Below are positions 12,290 through 24,790 of a stretch of DNA of 64,000 nucleotides, piece by piece. A program made the position numbers and the translations under genes. Positions within the stretch are counted from its first letter, which is position 1. The number at the start of each line of letters is the position of its first letter. The stretch covers positions 1 through 64,000 of the forward strand of contig JASTWF010000034.1 of the NCBI GenBank assembly GCA_030390025.1, given 5' to 3'. Below the pieces are notes generated by a model. It did no database searches, had not been told where the DNA came from, and saw nothing but the letters and a program-made list of their open reading frames with translations. Source of the DNA: Squalus acanthias. Taxonomy: Eukaryota.

Positions 12290-13078
12290 TATTAAAACCT
12301 GAGCCAGTGTGTTGTGAGACAAAGAGCCTTGTGTCCAATAAGGGGAATAAAGGCCCACAGCCTCCCCTGGCCCCGGGCCCTGAACAAGGGACTGGAGAAC
12401 GATAGCAAAATACTGCGGATGCTGGAAATCCGAAATAACAACAGAAAACGCTGGAAAAACTCAGCAGGCCAGGCAGCATCCGTGGAGAAAGAAAGAGAGT
12501 TAACGTTTCAGGTCGATGACCTTTCGTCAGAAACTCGCTGCCCCGCGGATCAGACAATCAGCCGGCGCTAGTCCCGCCCCTCGGGCTCCCCGATTGGTTG
12601 GAGGACCCGCCGCCGGCTCGGTCCTCCAGCCCCTCCCCGCTCGCTCCCTATTGGTCGGAAGCTCCCGTCAATCAGGCCGGGGTCACGTGTTACTCGAGTG
12701 CATCCGCCAAACTGAAGAAGCTCCGCTCGGGGCCCGGATCCGCGGACTCTCAGGTTTGTGTTTCTCTTTATTCTCTCCCCCACTCTGATCTCGGGGTAAA
12801 CTCACTTTCCCTCACTGATTGCGGCGCTCAACCAACAGCGACTTGACAAAGAAAGCCTCCCGCGGCGGCCTACGGCTCCGGGGCCCAGTGCGAATGCGCA
12901 TGGGAGAATGATTGAGAAGTCCCAGGGTGTGTGTCCTGAGCATGCGCGGTGCGGACCCCGGCGGGGGGGGGGGGGGAGAGGGTCACGTGGGGCTGAGCAG
13001 GGGCGGGGCCTCCGGGAGGTGTGACCGGAAACGGCGGATGCAGAGCCCGCCCACTGGGCGCGTGTCAGAGCAGAGTGA
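12290..13078 (+). promoter_or_regulatory. GC-rich promoter module (third copy) and possible first exon
   Basis: Two ATTGG boxes, GC box, CACGTG, GCGCATG and CCGGAAA motifs. 12290-12790 is homologous to the reverse of 35210-35580. Confidence 0.6.
12400..12535 (-). mobile_element. Solo Penelope pseudo-LTR fragment with hammerhead core (12498-12535)
   Basis: Reverse complement of about 40-172. The paralogous site at about 35470 is empty; AGAA is duplicated at the junctions. Confidence 0.85.
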
Positions 13079-13102
13079 GGTCACTGAGGGATGAAGGAGG
13101 CG

Positions 13103-16100
13103 AGCCCGACCCTGACTCTCCACTGCACACTCGCCACCTTCATCACCCAGTGACCTAGCCCGACCCTGACTCTCCACTGCACACTCGCCTCCTTCATCAC
13201 CCAGTGACCTAGCCCGACCCTGACTCTCCACTGCACACTCGCCTCCTTCATCACCCAGTGACCTAGCCCGACCCTGACTCTCCACTGCACACTCGCCTCC
13301 TTCATCCCTCAGTGATCTAGCCCGACCCTGACTCTCCACTGCACACTCGCCTCCTTCATCCCTCAGTGACCTAGCCCGACCCTGACTCTCCACTGCACAC
13401 TCGCCTCCTTCATCACCCAGTGACCTAGCCCGACCCTGACTCTCCACTGCACACTCGCCTCCTTCATCCCTCAGTGACCCAACCGGACCCTGACTCTCCA
13501 CTGCACACTCGCCTCCTTCATCCCTCAGTGACCCAGCCCGACCCTGACTCTCCACTGCACACTCACCTCCTTCATCCCTCAGTGACCTAGCCCGACACTG
13601 ACTCTCCACTGCACACTCGCCTCCTTCATCCCTCAGTGACCTAGCCCGACCCTGACTCTCCACTGCACACTCGCCTCCTTCATCCCTCAGTGACCTAGCC
13701 CGACACTGACTCTCCACTGCACACTCGCCTCCTTCATCCCTCAGTGACCTTGCCCGACCCTGACTCTCCACTGCACACTCGCCTCCTTCATCCCTCAGTG
13801 ACCTAGCCCGACCCTGACTCTCCACTGCACACTCGCCTCCTTCATCCCACAGTGACCCAGCCTGACCCTGACTCTCCACTGCACACTCGCCTCCTTCATC
13901 CCTCAGTGACCTAGCCCGACCCTGACTCTCCACTGCACACTCGCCTCCTTCATCCCTCAGTGACCTAGCCCGACCCTGACTCTCCACTGCACACTCGCCT
14001 CCTTCATCCCTCAGTGACCTAGCCCGACCCTGACTCTCCACTGCACACTCGCCTCCTTCATCACCCAGTGACCCAACCCGACCCTGACTCTCCACTGCAC
14101 ACTCGCCTCCTTCATCCCTCAGTGACCCAGCCCGACCCTGACTCTCCACTGCACACTCGCCTCCTTCATCACCCAGTGACCGAGCCCGACCCTGACTCTC
14201 CACTGCACACTCGCCTCCTTCATCCCTCAGTGACCTAGCCCGACCCTGACTCTCCACTGCACACTCGCCTCCTTCATCCCTCAGAGACCTAGCCCGACCT
14301 TCACTCTCCACTGCACTCTCGCCTCCTTCATCCCTCAGAGACCTAGCCCGACCTTCACTCTCCACTGCACTCTCGCCTCCTTCATCCCTCAGTGACCTAG
14401 CCCGACCCTGACTCACCACTGCACACTCGCCTCCTTCATCCCTCAGTGACCTAGCTCTACCCTGACTCTCCACTGCACACTCGCCTCCTTCATCACCCAG
14501 TGACCGAGCCCGACCCTGACTCTCCACTGCACACTCGCCTCCTTCATCCCTCAGTGACCTAGCCCGACCCTGACCCTCCACTGCACACTCACCTCCTTCA
14601 TCCCTCAGTGACCTAGCCCAACCCTGACCCTCCACTGCACACTCACCTCCTTCATCCCTCAGTGACCTAGCCCGACCCTGACTCTCCACTGCACACTCGC
14701 CTCCTTCATCCCTCAGTGACCGAGCCCGACCCTGACTCTCCACTGCACACTTGCCTCCTTCATCCCTCAGTGACCTAGCCCTACCCTGACTCTCCACTGC
14801 ACACTCGCCTCCTTCATCCCTCAGTGACCGAGCCCGACCCTGACTCTCCACTGCACACTCGCCTCCTTCATCCCTCAGTGACCTAGCCCGACCCTGACCC
14901 TGACTCTCCACTGCACACTCGCCTCCTTCATCTCTCAGTGACCTAGCTCTACCCTGACTCTCCACTGCACACTCGCCTCCTTCATCCCTCAGTGACCTAG
15001 CCCGACCCTGACTCTCCACTGCACACTCGCCTCCTTCATCCCTCAGTGACCTAGCCCGACCCTGACTCTCCACTGCACACTCGCCTCCTTCATCCCTCAG
15101 TGACCTAGCCCGACCCTGACTCTCCACTGCACACTCGCCTCCTTCATCCCTCAGTGACCTAGCCCGACCCTGACTCTCCACTGCACACTCGCCTCCTTCA
15201 TCCCTCAGTGACCTAGCTCTACCCTGACTCTCCACTGCACACAAGCCTCCTTCATCCCTCAGTGACCTAGCCCGACCCTGACTCTCCACTGCACACTCGC
15301 CTCCTTCATCCCTCACTGACTAAGCCCGACCCTGACTCTCCAATGCACACTCGCCTCCTTCATCACTCAGTGACCTAGCCCGACCCTGACTCTCCACTGC
15401 ACAGTCGCCTCCTTCATCCTTCAGTGACCTAGCTCTACCCTGACTCTCCACTGCACACTCGGCTCCTTCATCCCTCAGTGACCTAGCCCGACCCTGATTC
15501 TCCACTGCACACTCGCCTCCTTCATCCCTCAGTGACCTAGCCCGACCCTGACTCTCCACTGCACACTCGCCTCCTTCATCCCTCAGTGACCTAGCCCGAC
15601 CCTGACTCTCCACTGCACACTCACCTCCTTCATCCCTCAGTGACCTAGCCCGACACTGACTCTCCACTGCACACTCGCCTCCTTCATCCCTCAGTGGCCG
15701 AGCCCTACCCTGTCTCTCCACTGCACACTCGCCTCCTTCATCCCTCAGTGACCGAGCCCGACCCTGACTCTCCACTGCACACTCGCCTCCTTCATCCCTG
15801 TGACCTAGCCTGACCCTGACTCTCCACTGCACACTCACCTCCTTCATCCCTCAGTGACCTAGCCCGACCCTGACTCTCCACTGCACACTCGCCTCCTTCA
15901 TCGCTCAGTGACCTAGCCCGACCCTGACTCTCCACTGCACACTCGCCTCCTTCATCCCTCAGTGACCTAGCCTGACCCTGACTCTCCACTGCACACTCGC
16001 CTCCTTCATCCCTCAGTGACCGAGCCCGACCCTGACTCTCCACTGCACACTCGCCTCCTTCATCCCTCAGTGACCTCGCCCGACCCTGACTCTCCACTGC

Positions 16101-17330
16101 ACACTCGCCTCCTTCATCCCTCAGTGACCTAGCCCGACCCTGACTCTCCACTGCACACTCGCCTCCTTCATCCCTCAGTGACCTAGCCTGACCCTGACTC
16201 TCCACTGCACACGCGCCTCCTTCATCCCTCAGTGACCTAGCCCGACCCTGACTCTCCACTGCACACTCGTCTCCTTCATCCCTCAGTGACCTTGTCCGAC
16301 CCTGACTCTCCACTGCACACTCGCCTCCTTCATCCCTCAGTGACCTCGCCCGACCCTGACTCTCCACTGCACACTCACCTCCTTCATCATTCAGTGACCT
16401 CGCCCTACCCTGACTCTCCACTGCACACTCGCCTCCTTCATCCCTCAGTGACCTAGTCCGACCCTGACTCTCCACTGCACACTCGCCTCCTTCATCCCTC
16501 AGTGACCTTGCCCAACCCTGACTCTCCACTGCACACTCGTCTCCTTCATCCCTCAGTGAACTAGCCCGACCCTGACTCTCCACTGCACACTCGCCTCCTT
16601 CATCCCTCAGTGATCTTGCCCTACCCTGACTCTCCACTGCACACTCGCCTCCTTCATCCCTCAGTGACCTCGCCCGACCCTGACTCTCCACTGCACACTC
16701 ATCTCCTTCATCGAGGGCAACACGGTGGCATAGTGGTTAGCACTGTTGCCTCACAGCGCCAGGGAATGGGTTCGAATCCGGCCTCGGCTGACTGACTTTG
16801 TGGAGTTTGCACATTCTCCCCGTGTCTGCGTGGGTTTCCTCCGGGTGCTCCGGTTTCCTCCCACAGTCCAAAAGATGTGCGGGTTAGGTTGATTTGGCTA
16901 TGATAAAAAATTGACCCTTAGTGTTAGGGGGATTAAATGCGTGGGGTTACGGGGATAGGGTGGGACATGTGCCGGTGCAGGCTCGATGGGCCGAAATGGC
17001 GTCTATCTGCATTGTGGAGATTCTGTGATTCTGTGATCCCTCAGTGACCCAGCCCAACCTGACTCTCCACTGCACACTCGCTCCTTCTTCCCTCAGTGAC
17101 CTAGCCCGACCCTGACTCTGCACTGCATACTCGCCTCCATCATCCCTCAGTGACCTAGCCCGACCCTGACTCTGCACTGCACACTTGCCTCCTTCATCCC
17201 TCAGTGACCTAGCCCGACCCTGACTCTGCACTGCACACTTGCCTCCTTCATCCCTCAGTGACCTCGCCCGACCCTGACTCTGCACTGCACACTTGCCTCC
17301 TTCATCCCTCAGTGACCTAGCCCGACCCTG
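13103..17330. repeat. 54-bp minisatellite, about 70 copies, interrupted by a SINE
   Basis: Unit CTAGCCCGACCCTGACTCTCCACTGCACACTCGCCTCCTTCATCCCTCAGTGAC. Confidence 0.97.
16714..17036 (+). mobile_element. V-SINE (HE1-like) inserted in the minisatellite
   Basis: Same family as 6964-7262; GATTCTGT tail repeats. Confidence 0.82.
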
Positions 17331-17381
17331 AATTTAACTACTTGAACTACTTTTGGTGCAGAGTGATGAGCCATTGTCCTT

Positions 17382-18592
17382 GTGTCAGGCCATGGCTCAG
17401 TTGGTAGCACCCTCGCGTCTGAGTCAGAAGGTTGTGGGTTGAAGTTCCCACTCCAGAGACTTGAGCACAGAAATCTAGGCTGACGCTCCAGTGCAGTGCT
17501 GAGGGAGTGCTGCACTGTCGGAGGTGCTGTCTTTTGGATGTGATGTTGAACTGAGGTCCCGTCTACTCTTTCGGGTGGACGTAAAAGATCCCAGGGCTGT
17601 ATTTCGAAGAAGAACAAGGGAGTTCTCCCTGGTGTCCTGGCCAATATTTATCCCTCAATCAACATCACAGAAACAGATTCCAAAAATTCATCCCGCGACG
17701 CGAGAGTACGCACTGCGTACTCTCGCGTATTCTCTCTCCAATTGCTGGTTTTCTGCATGCCCTGCGCATGCGCTGAAAACCGGCACTTGGTCTTTTGAAA
17801 AGGGGGCGGTTCCTCGGTGCATCGCGTGCACGCTACAGGCTGCGCGCACGCTGTGCACTTCGTGCTTTGGACGCGCAGGTAAGTACGGAAGATTTTAGAA
17901 ATGGAAAAAGGAGGAGTAAGACCCACTTTTAACAAGGTAAGTAGTGAATTAAGTATTTTTTTGAATTTTTTTTAACAGGTATATCTTTTTTAGAGACTTT
18001 AAAGACAGGTAAGTTTATTTTTATAACTTTTTAAAAGATTTTAAATGTTTTCAAAAATTTAATTTTTTATTTAAAATGGTTAATTTATTTAACTATACTT
18101 ATTTTATTAATGTGATGGTTTTTTTTTAAATTTAATTGAGGTTTAGCTGTTATTTTGGGGGGGTGTAAGATTCATAGATTTCACAGCACGTATGTGAAAC
18201 TTGTGAATGGAAGATGGTGTGCTGCCATTGGCTCTAACTGAGTCACGTGATCCCACAGCTCGCACGAATTCACTACGCCGCTGGGATACGCAAGCACTGC
18301 CCAGCTGATGTCTAGAACATCAAGTTCGTGTGAGCTGGATCTGAAAAAGCACAGGCGGAGTGAGAGACCGCGGGGAAGCCTTACCCCCGCGGGAACAGAG
18401 CGAGATGAATTTCTGAGCCATTATCTGGTCATTATCACATTGCTGTTTGTGGGAGCTTGCCTGCGCTCATTGGCTGCTACGTTTCCCACATTACAACAAT
18501 AGCTACACTTCAAAATTTACTTCATTGGCTGTAAAGGGCTTTGGGCGGTCCGGTGGTCGTGAAAGGCGCTATATGAATGCAAGTCTTTCTTT
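17382..18592 (+). mobile_element. DeuSINE split by a MITE (SINE parts 17382-17679 and 18420-18592)
   Basis: The SINE sequence ACAGATT|ATCTGGTCATT resumes after a 740-bp insert. Confidence 0.78.
17680..18419. mobile_element. Non-autonomous DNA transposon (PIF/Harbinger-like MITE)
   Basis: Imperfect TIRs CAAAAATTCATCCCGC / GCGAGATGAATTTCTG, 3-bp duplication ATT, subterminal hairpins and an AT-rich core. Confidence 0.65.
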
Positions 18593-18699
18593 CTCTAAAT
18601 ATCACAAACAGATGCACAATAAGGGAAATCAATCTCCGTACCTTTAACTAACAGCGACATGGAGCGAGGGCAATGAATGAGCTTTAAACACCTGGTCCA

Positions 18700-19150
18700 C
18701 TTGGCACTGAAGTGTCTGAAACTCAGAACCGGAACTCCAGGGAAACACAAAACCGAACATGGCGGATGCCCTTACCCAGAGTGCCCAGCGCCGGTGAATA
18801 CGGCCTATCTTCATCAGCAGGGGCGCAGCGCGCAGGCGCGGGAAGGGCTGGACCCCGGAGCCCGCCTTCCTGCGCGGAGCATGCGCGGTGCGGCTCCAGG
18901 AAACTGAGCGGGGGCGAGCGCGGCCTCAGCAACACCGAGTGCGCGTCTCAGGCCCCGAATCAGAGCGGCCGGGCCCGGCACCAGGAAACCCAGGGTGCAG
19001 CGCCTCCCCCAGACAGGAGAAACCACAACTGGCATCGACACAGCAGAGCCGCCAATCCAGAGCCGGCTTGTATCAGGGCGGGCGCTGGATGCGGAAGTCG
19101 GTCCCTGGCCGCCTGTGTCGGTCTTTTTGTTGCTTCAGTTTGAGCTGGAG
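18700..19150 (+). promoter_or_regulatory. ZNF-C CpG-island promoter
   Basis: AACATGGCGG (YY1-like), GCATGCGC, CCAAT and CGGAAGT (ETS-like). Confidence 0.55.
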
Positions 19151-19354
19151 TGGAGATGGAGGAGAAGCTGCTGGGTTTAACCCCCAGTACTTCTGAGCCC
19201 AGGAGGACCCAACAATTTCCAATGTGAGACTGTCAAGGGAGGTGGATTCTGGGGGAGATTAGGTTGTTAAACAGACACAGTCCCTACAATGTAAAAGAGT
19301 ATTGTTTTAGAAACAAGTATTTCTCGAGAGGCTTTTAATCTATTTTACACATAC

Positions 19355-19600
19355 AGATTTTTTTCATTCATTCTTGGGATCTGGGCGTCACGGGCAAGGC
19401 CAGCATATGTTGCCAATCGCCAGTTTCCCGTTGAGAAGGTGATGGTGAGCCTTCGTCATGAACCACTGCAGTCCGTGTGGTGAAGGTACTGACTTAGAGG
19501 GGAACTGGGCGGTGATGTTGTTCCCATACACCTGCTGCCCTCGTCCTTCTAGGTGGTGGAGTTCGCGGGTTTTGGAGGTTCTGTCAAAGTTCAGGTCGAG
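19355..19600 (-). mobile_element. 3' end of a second CR1/L2-group LINE family
   Basis: Similar to the reverse of 43700-43970. Confidence 0.55.
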
Positions 19601-19903
19601 TTGCAGATGTATAAAATCCCTTTCTTTTGACCCTTCCACGCGTCCCGTCCCCCCCCCCCCAACGACAACCTCTCTCTCTCCTCCCATCGAGGCTAGACTC
19701 GTGTGTCGGCCCAGACCGGGTGGTGGATTCCCTTCCCTGAAGGACATTAGTGAACCAGTTGGGTTTTTATGACAATCCAGCAGCTTTCATGGTCACTTTT
19801 TTCTAATGACCAGATTCATTGAGCTCAATTTCACAACCTGCCTTTGTTTTTTTGTGGGTTCTCTCTCATGCTCCCTTTTTCCTGTTTTAAATTCATTTTA
19901 CAG

Positions 19904-21200
19904 GGTATTAGAAGAGGAGGATTAGTAGACGGGAAGCTCAAACCAAACATCGCATCAAGACCTGACGAAGTCACTCGATTCATCGGACCTGAATATCATC
20001 GGCCTTTGAACGCGGAAGCAAAAAGCACCGTTCACAGCGGGGAGAAACCGTACACGTGTTGTGTGTATGGTCGAGGATTCAGCCGATCCTGTGGCCTGTC
20101 GAGACACAAGCGCAGTCACACCGGGGAGAAACGGTGTAAATGTGGGGATTGTGAGAAGGGATTCAAATATCCGTCTGAGCTGGAAACTCAACGGTGCAAT
20201 CACACCGGGTGAGGCCGTTCACCTGCTCTGTCTGTGGCAAGAGATGCACTTATTTCTCTGCCCTGCTGATACATCAGTGGGTTCACACTAACGAGAGAGA
20301 GTTTAAATGCATCGAGTGGGTGAAGAGCTTTAAACGCCCTGAGACACTGATAGAGTACCAGCACATTCACAGCGGTTACACATTGTTCAACTGCTCTCAC
20401 TGTGGGAAGAGGTTCAGGGCATCATCGCACGAGTTCACACCAGTGAGATGCCATTCACCTGCTCCGTGTGTGGGAAGGGATTCACTCGTTCATCCACCCT
20501 GCTGACACACCAGCGAGTTCACACTGGGAAGAGGCCGTTCACCTGCTCAGTGTGTGGGAAGAGATTTACTCAGTCATCCCACCTGCTGACACACCAACTT
20601 GTTCACACTGATAAGAGACCTTTTAAATGTTCTGATTGTGAGAAGAGATTTAAAAGCAGAAGTGATCTGCTGAGACACCAGCGCAGCCACTCTGGGGCGA
20701 GACCCTTCACCTGCTCCGAGTGTGGGAAAGGATTTATTAATTCATCCACTCTGCTGAAGCACTGGCGAGTTCACACTGACGAGAGACCTTTTAAATGCCC
20801 GGACTGTGGGAAGTGCTATAAAAGTTCCGGGGACCTAACATGCCATCAAACTGTTCACACTGACGAGAGACCATTCAGGTGCTCTCACTGCGGGACTGGG
20901 TTCAGGCGATCATCTGGACTCACTGTACGCCAGCGCACTCACACTGGGGAGAGGCCGTTCACCTGCTCCGTGTGTGGGAAGGGATTCACTCACTCATCCA
21001 GCCTGCTGACACACCAGCGAGTTCACTCTGATGAGAGACCTTTTACATGTTCTGACTGTGAGAAGAGATTTAAAAGCAAAAAGGATCTGCTGGGACACCA
21101 ACGTATTCACACTGGGGAGAGGCCGTTCACCTGCTCTGAGTGTGGGAAGGGATTCATTCGGAAAGCCCACATGCTGACACACCAGCGAGTTCACAAGTGA
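19904..21200 (+). pseudogene. ZNF-C: C2H2 zinc-finger gene with frameshifts near 20210 and 20430; last 9 fingers open
   Basis: Acceptor TTTTACAG at 19896-19903; GPEYHRPL leader; ORFs 19844..20212, 20194..20505 and 20448..21200, ending HQRVHK*. Confidence 0.82.
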
Positions 21201-22519
21201 CTGCAGGGGTTGGATTCTGCTGTTATTGCTGCTGTTAATCACATCCGGGACTGAACCATGTTCATTCTGACAGTTGGGGTTTGTTTCTACTGATAAACTC
21301 CAGCCCAGTTACAGGGGTTATTAATATTTTGGATAGATGTCAAATAAATCAGCTTTGTGTTAAACTCATTGATGTAGATTTTTGTCTTTCCCACCTGAGT
21401 GTTTAGCATCACCTGGCTGGAGCTCAGAAAGGACAATCTGGGGGAGGATCGTACGGCGGGAACAGAACTACAGCCTGGACACAGTCCTTCAGGGCCACAC
21501 TGAGAGGGGCAAACGGCACTTTGGTCTTTCTCGTCTCTCTTCACTGACAGCAAAGTCGCCGTGTGGGTTAATCTTGAGGCCTGTAAGAAATGTGTCCCAG
21601 CCGCTCTCTCCCATGGTTCAGAGCTCCTAGGCACGGAACAGAAGGCTCCTTTCCAACTGTGTTTAGAGTCAGGAAGAACAACGGTGAATGCTGGAAACAT
21701 GCTGTCAAATCAGAGATTGGTGTAAAACTGCGATCTGTTCCTGACTGAAAGTGAAACAGCAGGTTTAAGTTTCCAGTCTAAAATGACTGTGGTAATTATT
21801 CTGTGAAGATTTACCGTGTTTGTGTGACAGTCCTGAGTCTACCAGTTTAAGGCAGGTGTTAACCCATTTAAAATAAACCGTTTAAAATAAATTAGTTAAA
21901 GTCCATATTAAAATAACAGAGGGAGGAGTTCACAGGAGCCTGTTAACTGCTGGTACAATTATACAACAGACATTTGATCTCCAGATAAAGAAGGATCTGC
22001 AGAGTGTTTCCAGGAATTCCCTGTTTTATTGATGTGCGTGTTAGTCACCAGGATAACTAAAAATACACGACCCGGAACATCCACGGGGATGCGATCCCGA
22101 CAGTTACTCTGGGATTACTCCGGCTGTGGAACTCCATCACTGACCCTGCTGAAGCTTGTAGGCTCAGGGAGTGGGGCCTCCAGGGATGGACGGTAAGAAA
22201 GCTGGGTTTCAGTATCCTGACAAATATATGGTGAGGAACCAGAGGAATCCTTACTGAGGAACCGTCGGGGGTTTTAGCTGCCAGCGTAGGTCTCTGGGTG
22301 AATGATGCCTGACTCCCCGAACTGTCTCACATTGAACCCAGTTCAGATCAAGGTGAGTTCAGTTTACAGGAGAATAGGGACAAATATCACCCACAATTGA
22401 GGGAGTCAAAAGCAGCCATTAGAGAAGCTCAGAGATATTTGGAAAAGAAGATGGTGCACCATTGTGGTAATAATAGTAAAAGCTTTTCCAGCTGTGTCAG
22501 GAGTCAGAAGACATAGTTA

Positions 22520-23600
22520 CACAGAGTTACATCGAATTACAGAGTCTACAGCACAGGAACAGGCCATTTGGCCCAACTGGTCAATGCCGGTGTTTCTGCT
22601 CCACACGAGTCTCCTCCCACCACTCTTCATCGAACCCTATTAGCATATCCTTCTATTCCTTTCTCCCTCATGTGCTTATCTACCTTCCCCATGAATGCAG
22701 CTGTGCTATTCGCCTCAACTACTCCTTGTGGTAGCACGTTCCACATTCTTACCTCTCTTTGGGTAAAGAAGTTTCTCCTGAATTCCCCATTGGATTTATT
22801 AGAGACTGTGTTATATTTATGACCTGCAGTTTTGGACTCCCCCACAAGTGGAAACATTTTCTCCAGGTCCACCCTCTATAACCTTTTCATAATCTTAAAG
22901 ACCTCGATCAGGTCACCCATCGGCCTTCTCTTTATTCTGGAGAAAAGAGCCCCAGCCTGTTCAGCCTTTCCTGATAAATATATCATCTCAGTTCTGGGAT
23001 CATCCTTGCAAAGCCTTTTTCCATCTTCTCCAGTGCCTCTATATCCTTTTTATAATATGGTGACCAGAACTGTTCACTGTATGCCAAGTGTGGTCTAACC
23101 AATGTCCTATACAAGTTTAACATAACTTCACTGCTTTTCAATTCAATCCCTCTAGAAATGAGCCCCAGTCCATTGTTTGCTCCTGTTATGGCCTCATTAA
23201 CCTGCGTCGCTACTTTTAGTGATTTGTGTATCTGGACCCCGAGATCCCTTTGCTCTTCTACCCCATTTAGATTCTTATTTTCCAGTAGTTTGTGGCCTTC
23301 TTATTCTTCCTACCAAAATGCATCACCTATCTTAAAATTAATTTGCTAATTACCCTCCCATTCTGCAAGTTTATTAATGTCTTCTTGCATGTTGTCGCAG
23401 TCTTCCTCAATATTAACTCTTCCTCCCAATTTGGTGTCATCGACAAATTTTGAAATTGTACTTCTGATTCCCGAGTCCAAATCGTTTCTGTAAATGGTGA
23501 ACAACAGTGATCCCAGCACCGATCCCTGTGGAACACCACTTCCCACCTTTTGCCACTCTTAACCCCTACTCTGTTTTCTGTTTTGTAACCAGCTTGCTAT
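22520..23600 (-). mobile_element. CR1 LINE 3' fragment
   Basis: [10 protein letters not shown] and FRRNFFTQR motifs. Confidence 0.8.
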
Positions 23601-24239
23601 CCATAACAGTTTGTAAGATCTAGAAGATGACCAAAGTCAGGCCGTATGGAGTGAAGGGCCCGGCAGCAGAATGGATGGAAAGCTGGCTACAAAACAGAAA
23701 TCAGAGGGTTGGAGTTAAGGGAAGTTTGTTGCGATCTTTCCATCCATTCTGCTGCCTGGCCCTTGACTCCACACGGCCTGACCGTGGTCATCTTGTAGAC
23801 CGTACATACTGCAGACACAGTGCACCAGTGGTGGAGGGGGTGGATATTGAGTCCTGTGGCAGGGGCGCTGATGAAGTGGATTTCTCTGTCCGTGAGTTTT
23901 GAGGCATCGCTAGTGGTGTTTTTCACCACTTTCCACCTTTAAAAAAAACCTTGCTGCCAGTTTATTAAAGCCATTAACAGCCGCTCGGGTGGGACACACC
24001 AATAAATGAGGCCTTGTAAGTTTCCCTCAGAATGACAGGCCTGAATTCGAGTTAGAAAACATTTAGTAATTAAACCAGACTGGGCGGGGCCTGAGGTGTG
24101 AGTTAGTGACCGAAAAGTGGCAGCCAGCGTACTTCACACCAGGGCTGAGGACCCGGGGACTCGGGTTTCTGTATCATTTATTGATTAATTTAGTTTATTA
24201 CCCAATCTCAATCAGACTGGTGGGTCATCTTGCTGTCTG

Positions 24240-24790
24240 ACGGAGGCGAGGTTCCCCAATGGAGTGCTCTCTACGCGGGGGTCCTTCCCTGCACCATTGG
24301 GGATCTGGGGTGGAGACTGTTGCAAGGAGCTGTCGTGTGCAACAGTTTTTAAACTCCTCTAAGGCCAGATGTATTTTTTGTGGCCTAGAGGAGTCCATGG
24401 GCCGTGTATATATTCAGTGTGAGAGGTTGCAGCCCCTGTATAGTTATCTGAAGGGTCTGCTCCTCAACTCTTGGTTACACTTTAGCCCCACGCTCCTAAT
24501 CTCTGCCCGCCCGGTGCGGAGGGGGGTGGGTAAGTCGGAGGATCTTCTCCTGGACCTGCTCTTGGGCCTGGCAAAAACAGCAATTTGTAGGTCCAGGATG
24601 GGCGGGGCCCATGGGGGGGGGATCGCTCTGGCTGCCTGCCTCTCTCCCGTGGTCTTGTCCCTGCCCGGGTGGCCCTGCAGAGGGAGCAGGTGGTGTCCAC
24701 CGATTTACTTGATACCTTCCTCGACCGCTGGGCACGGAAGGTATCAAGAGGCGATAATCGATCCTCACAATCACATTGTGATTTAATTAT
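24240..24790 (+). mobile_element. Tx1/L1-clade LINE ORF2 C-terminal remnant
   Basis: CIFCGLEES...IQCERL zinc-knuckle-like motif followed by LLLGLAKTAI, as at Tx1-type ORF2 ends. Confidence 0.6.

Noticed and set aside
12983..17285. Long minus-strand ORFs (777, 175, 299 and 112 aa)
   Set aside because: Translations of a 54-bp minisatellite with a stop-free frame; no independent coding evidence.
13103..17330. CRISPR-like array
   Set aside because: Head-to-tail repeats with no unique spacers, no cas genes, and a eukaryotic context.
21200..21320. SECIS element explaining the in-frame TGAs
   Set aside because: No convincing AUGA/AA/GA kink-turn was seen by eye, and the TGAs are explicable as CGA-to-TGA CpG transitions. 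Not excluded without a formal search.
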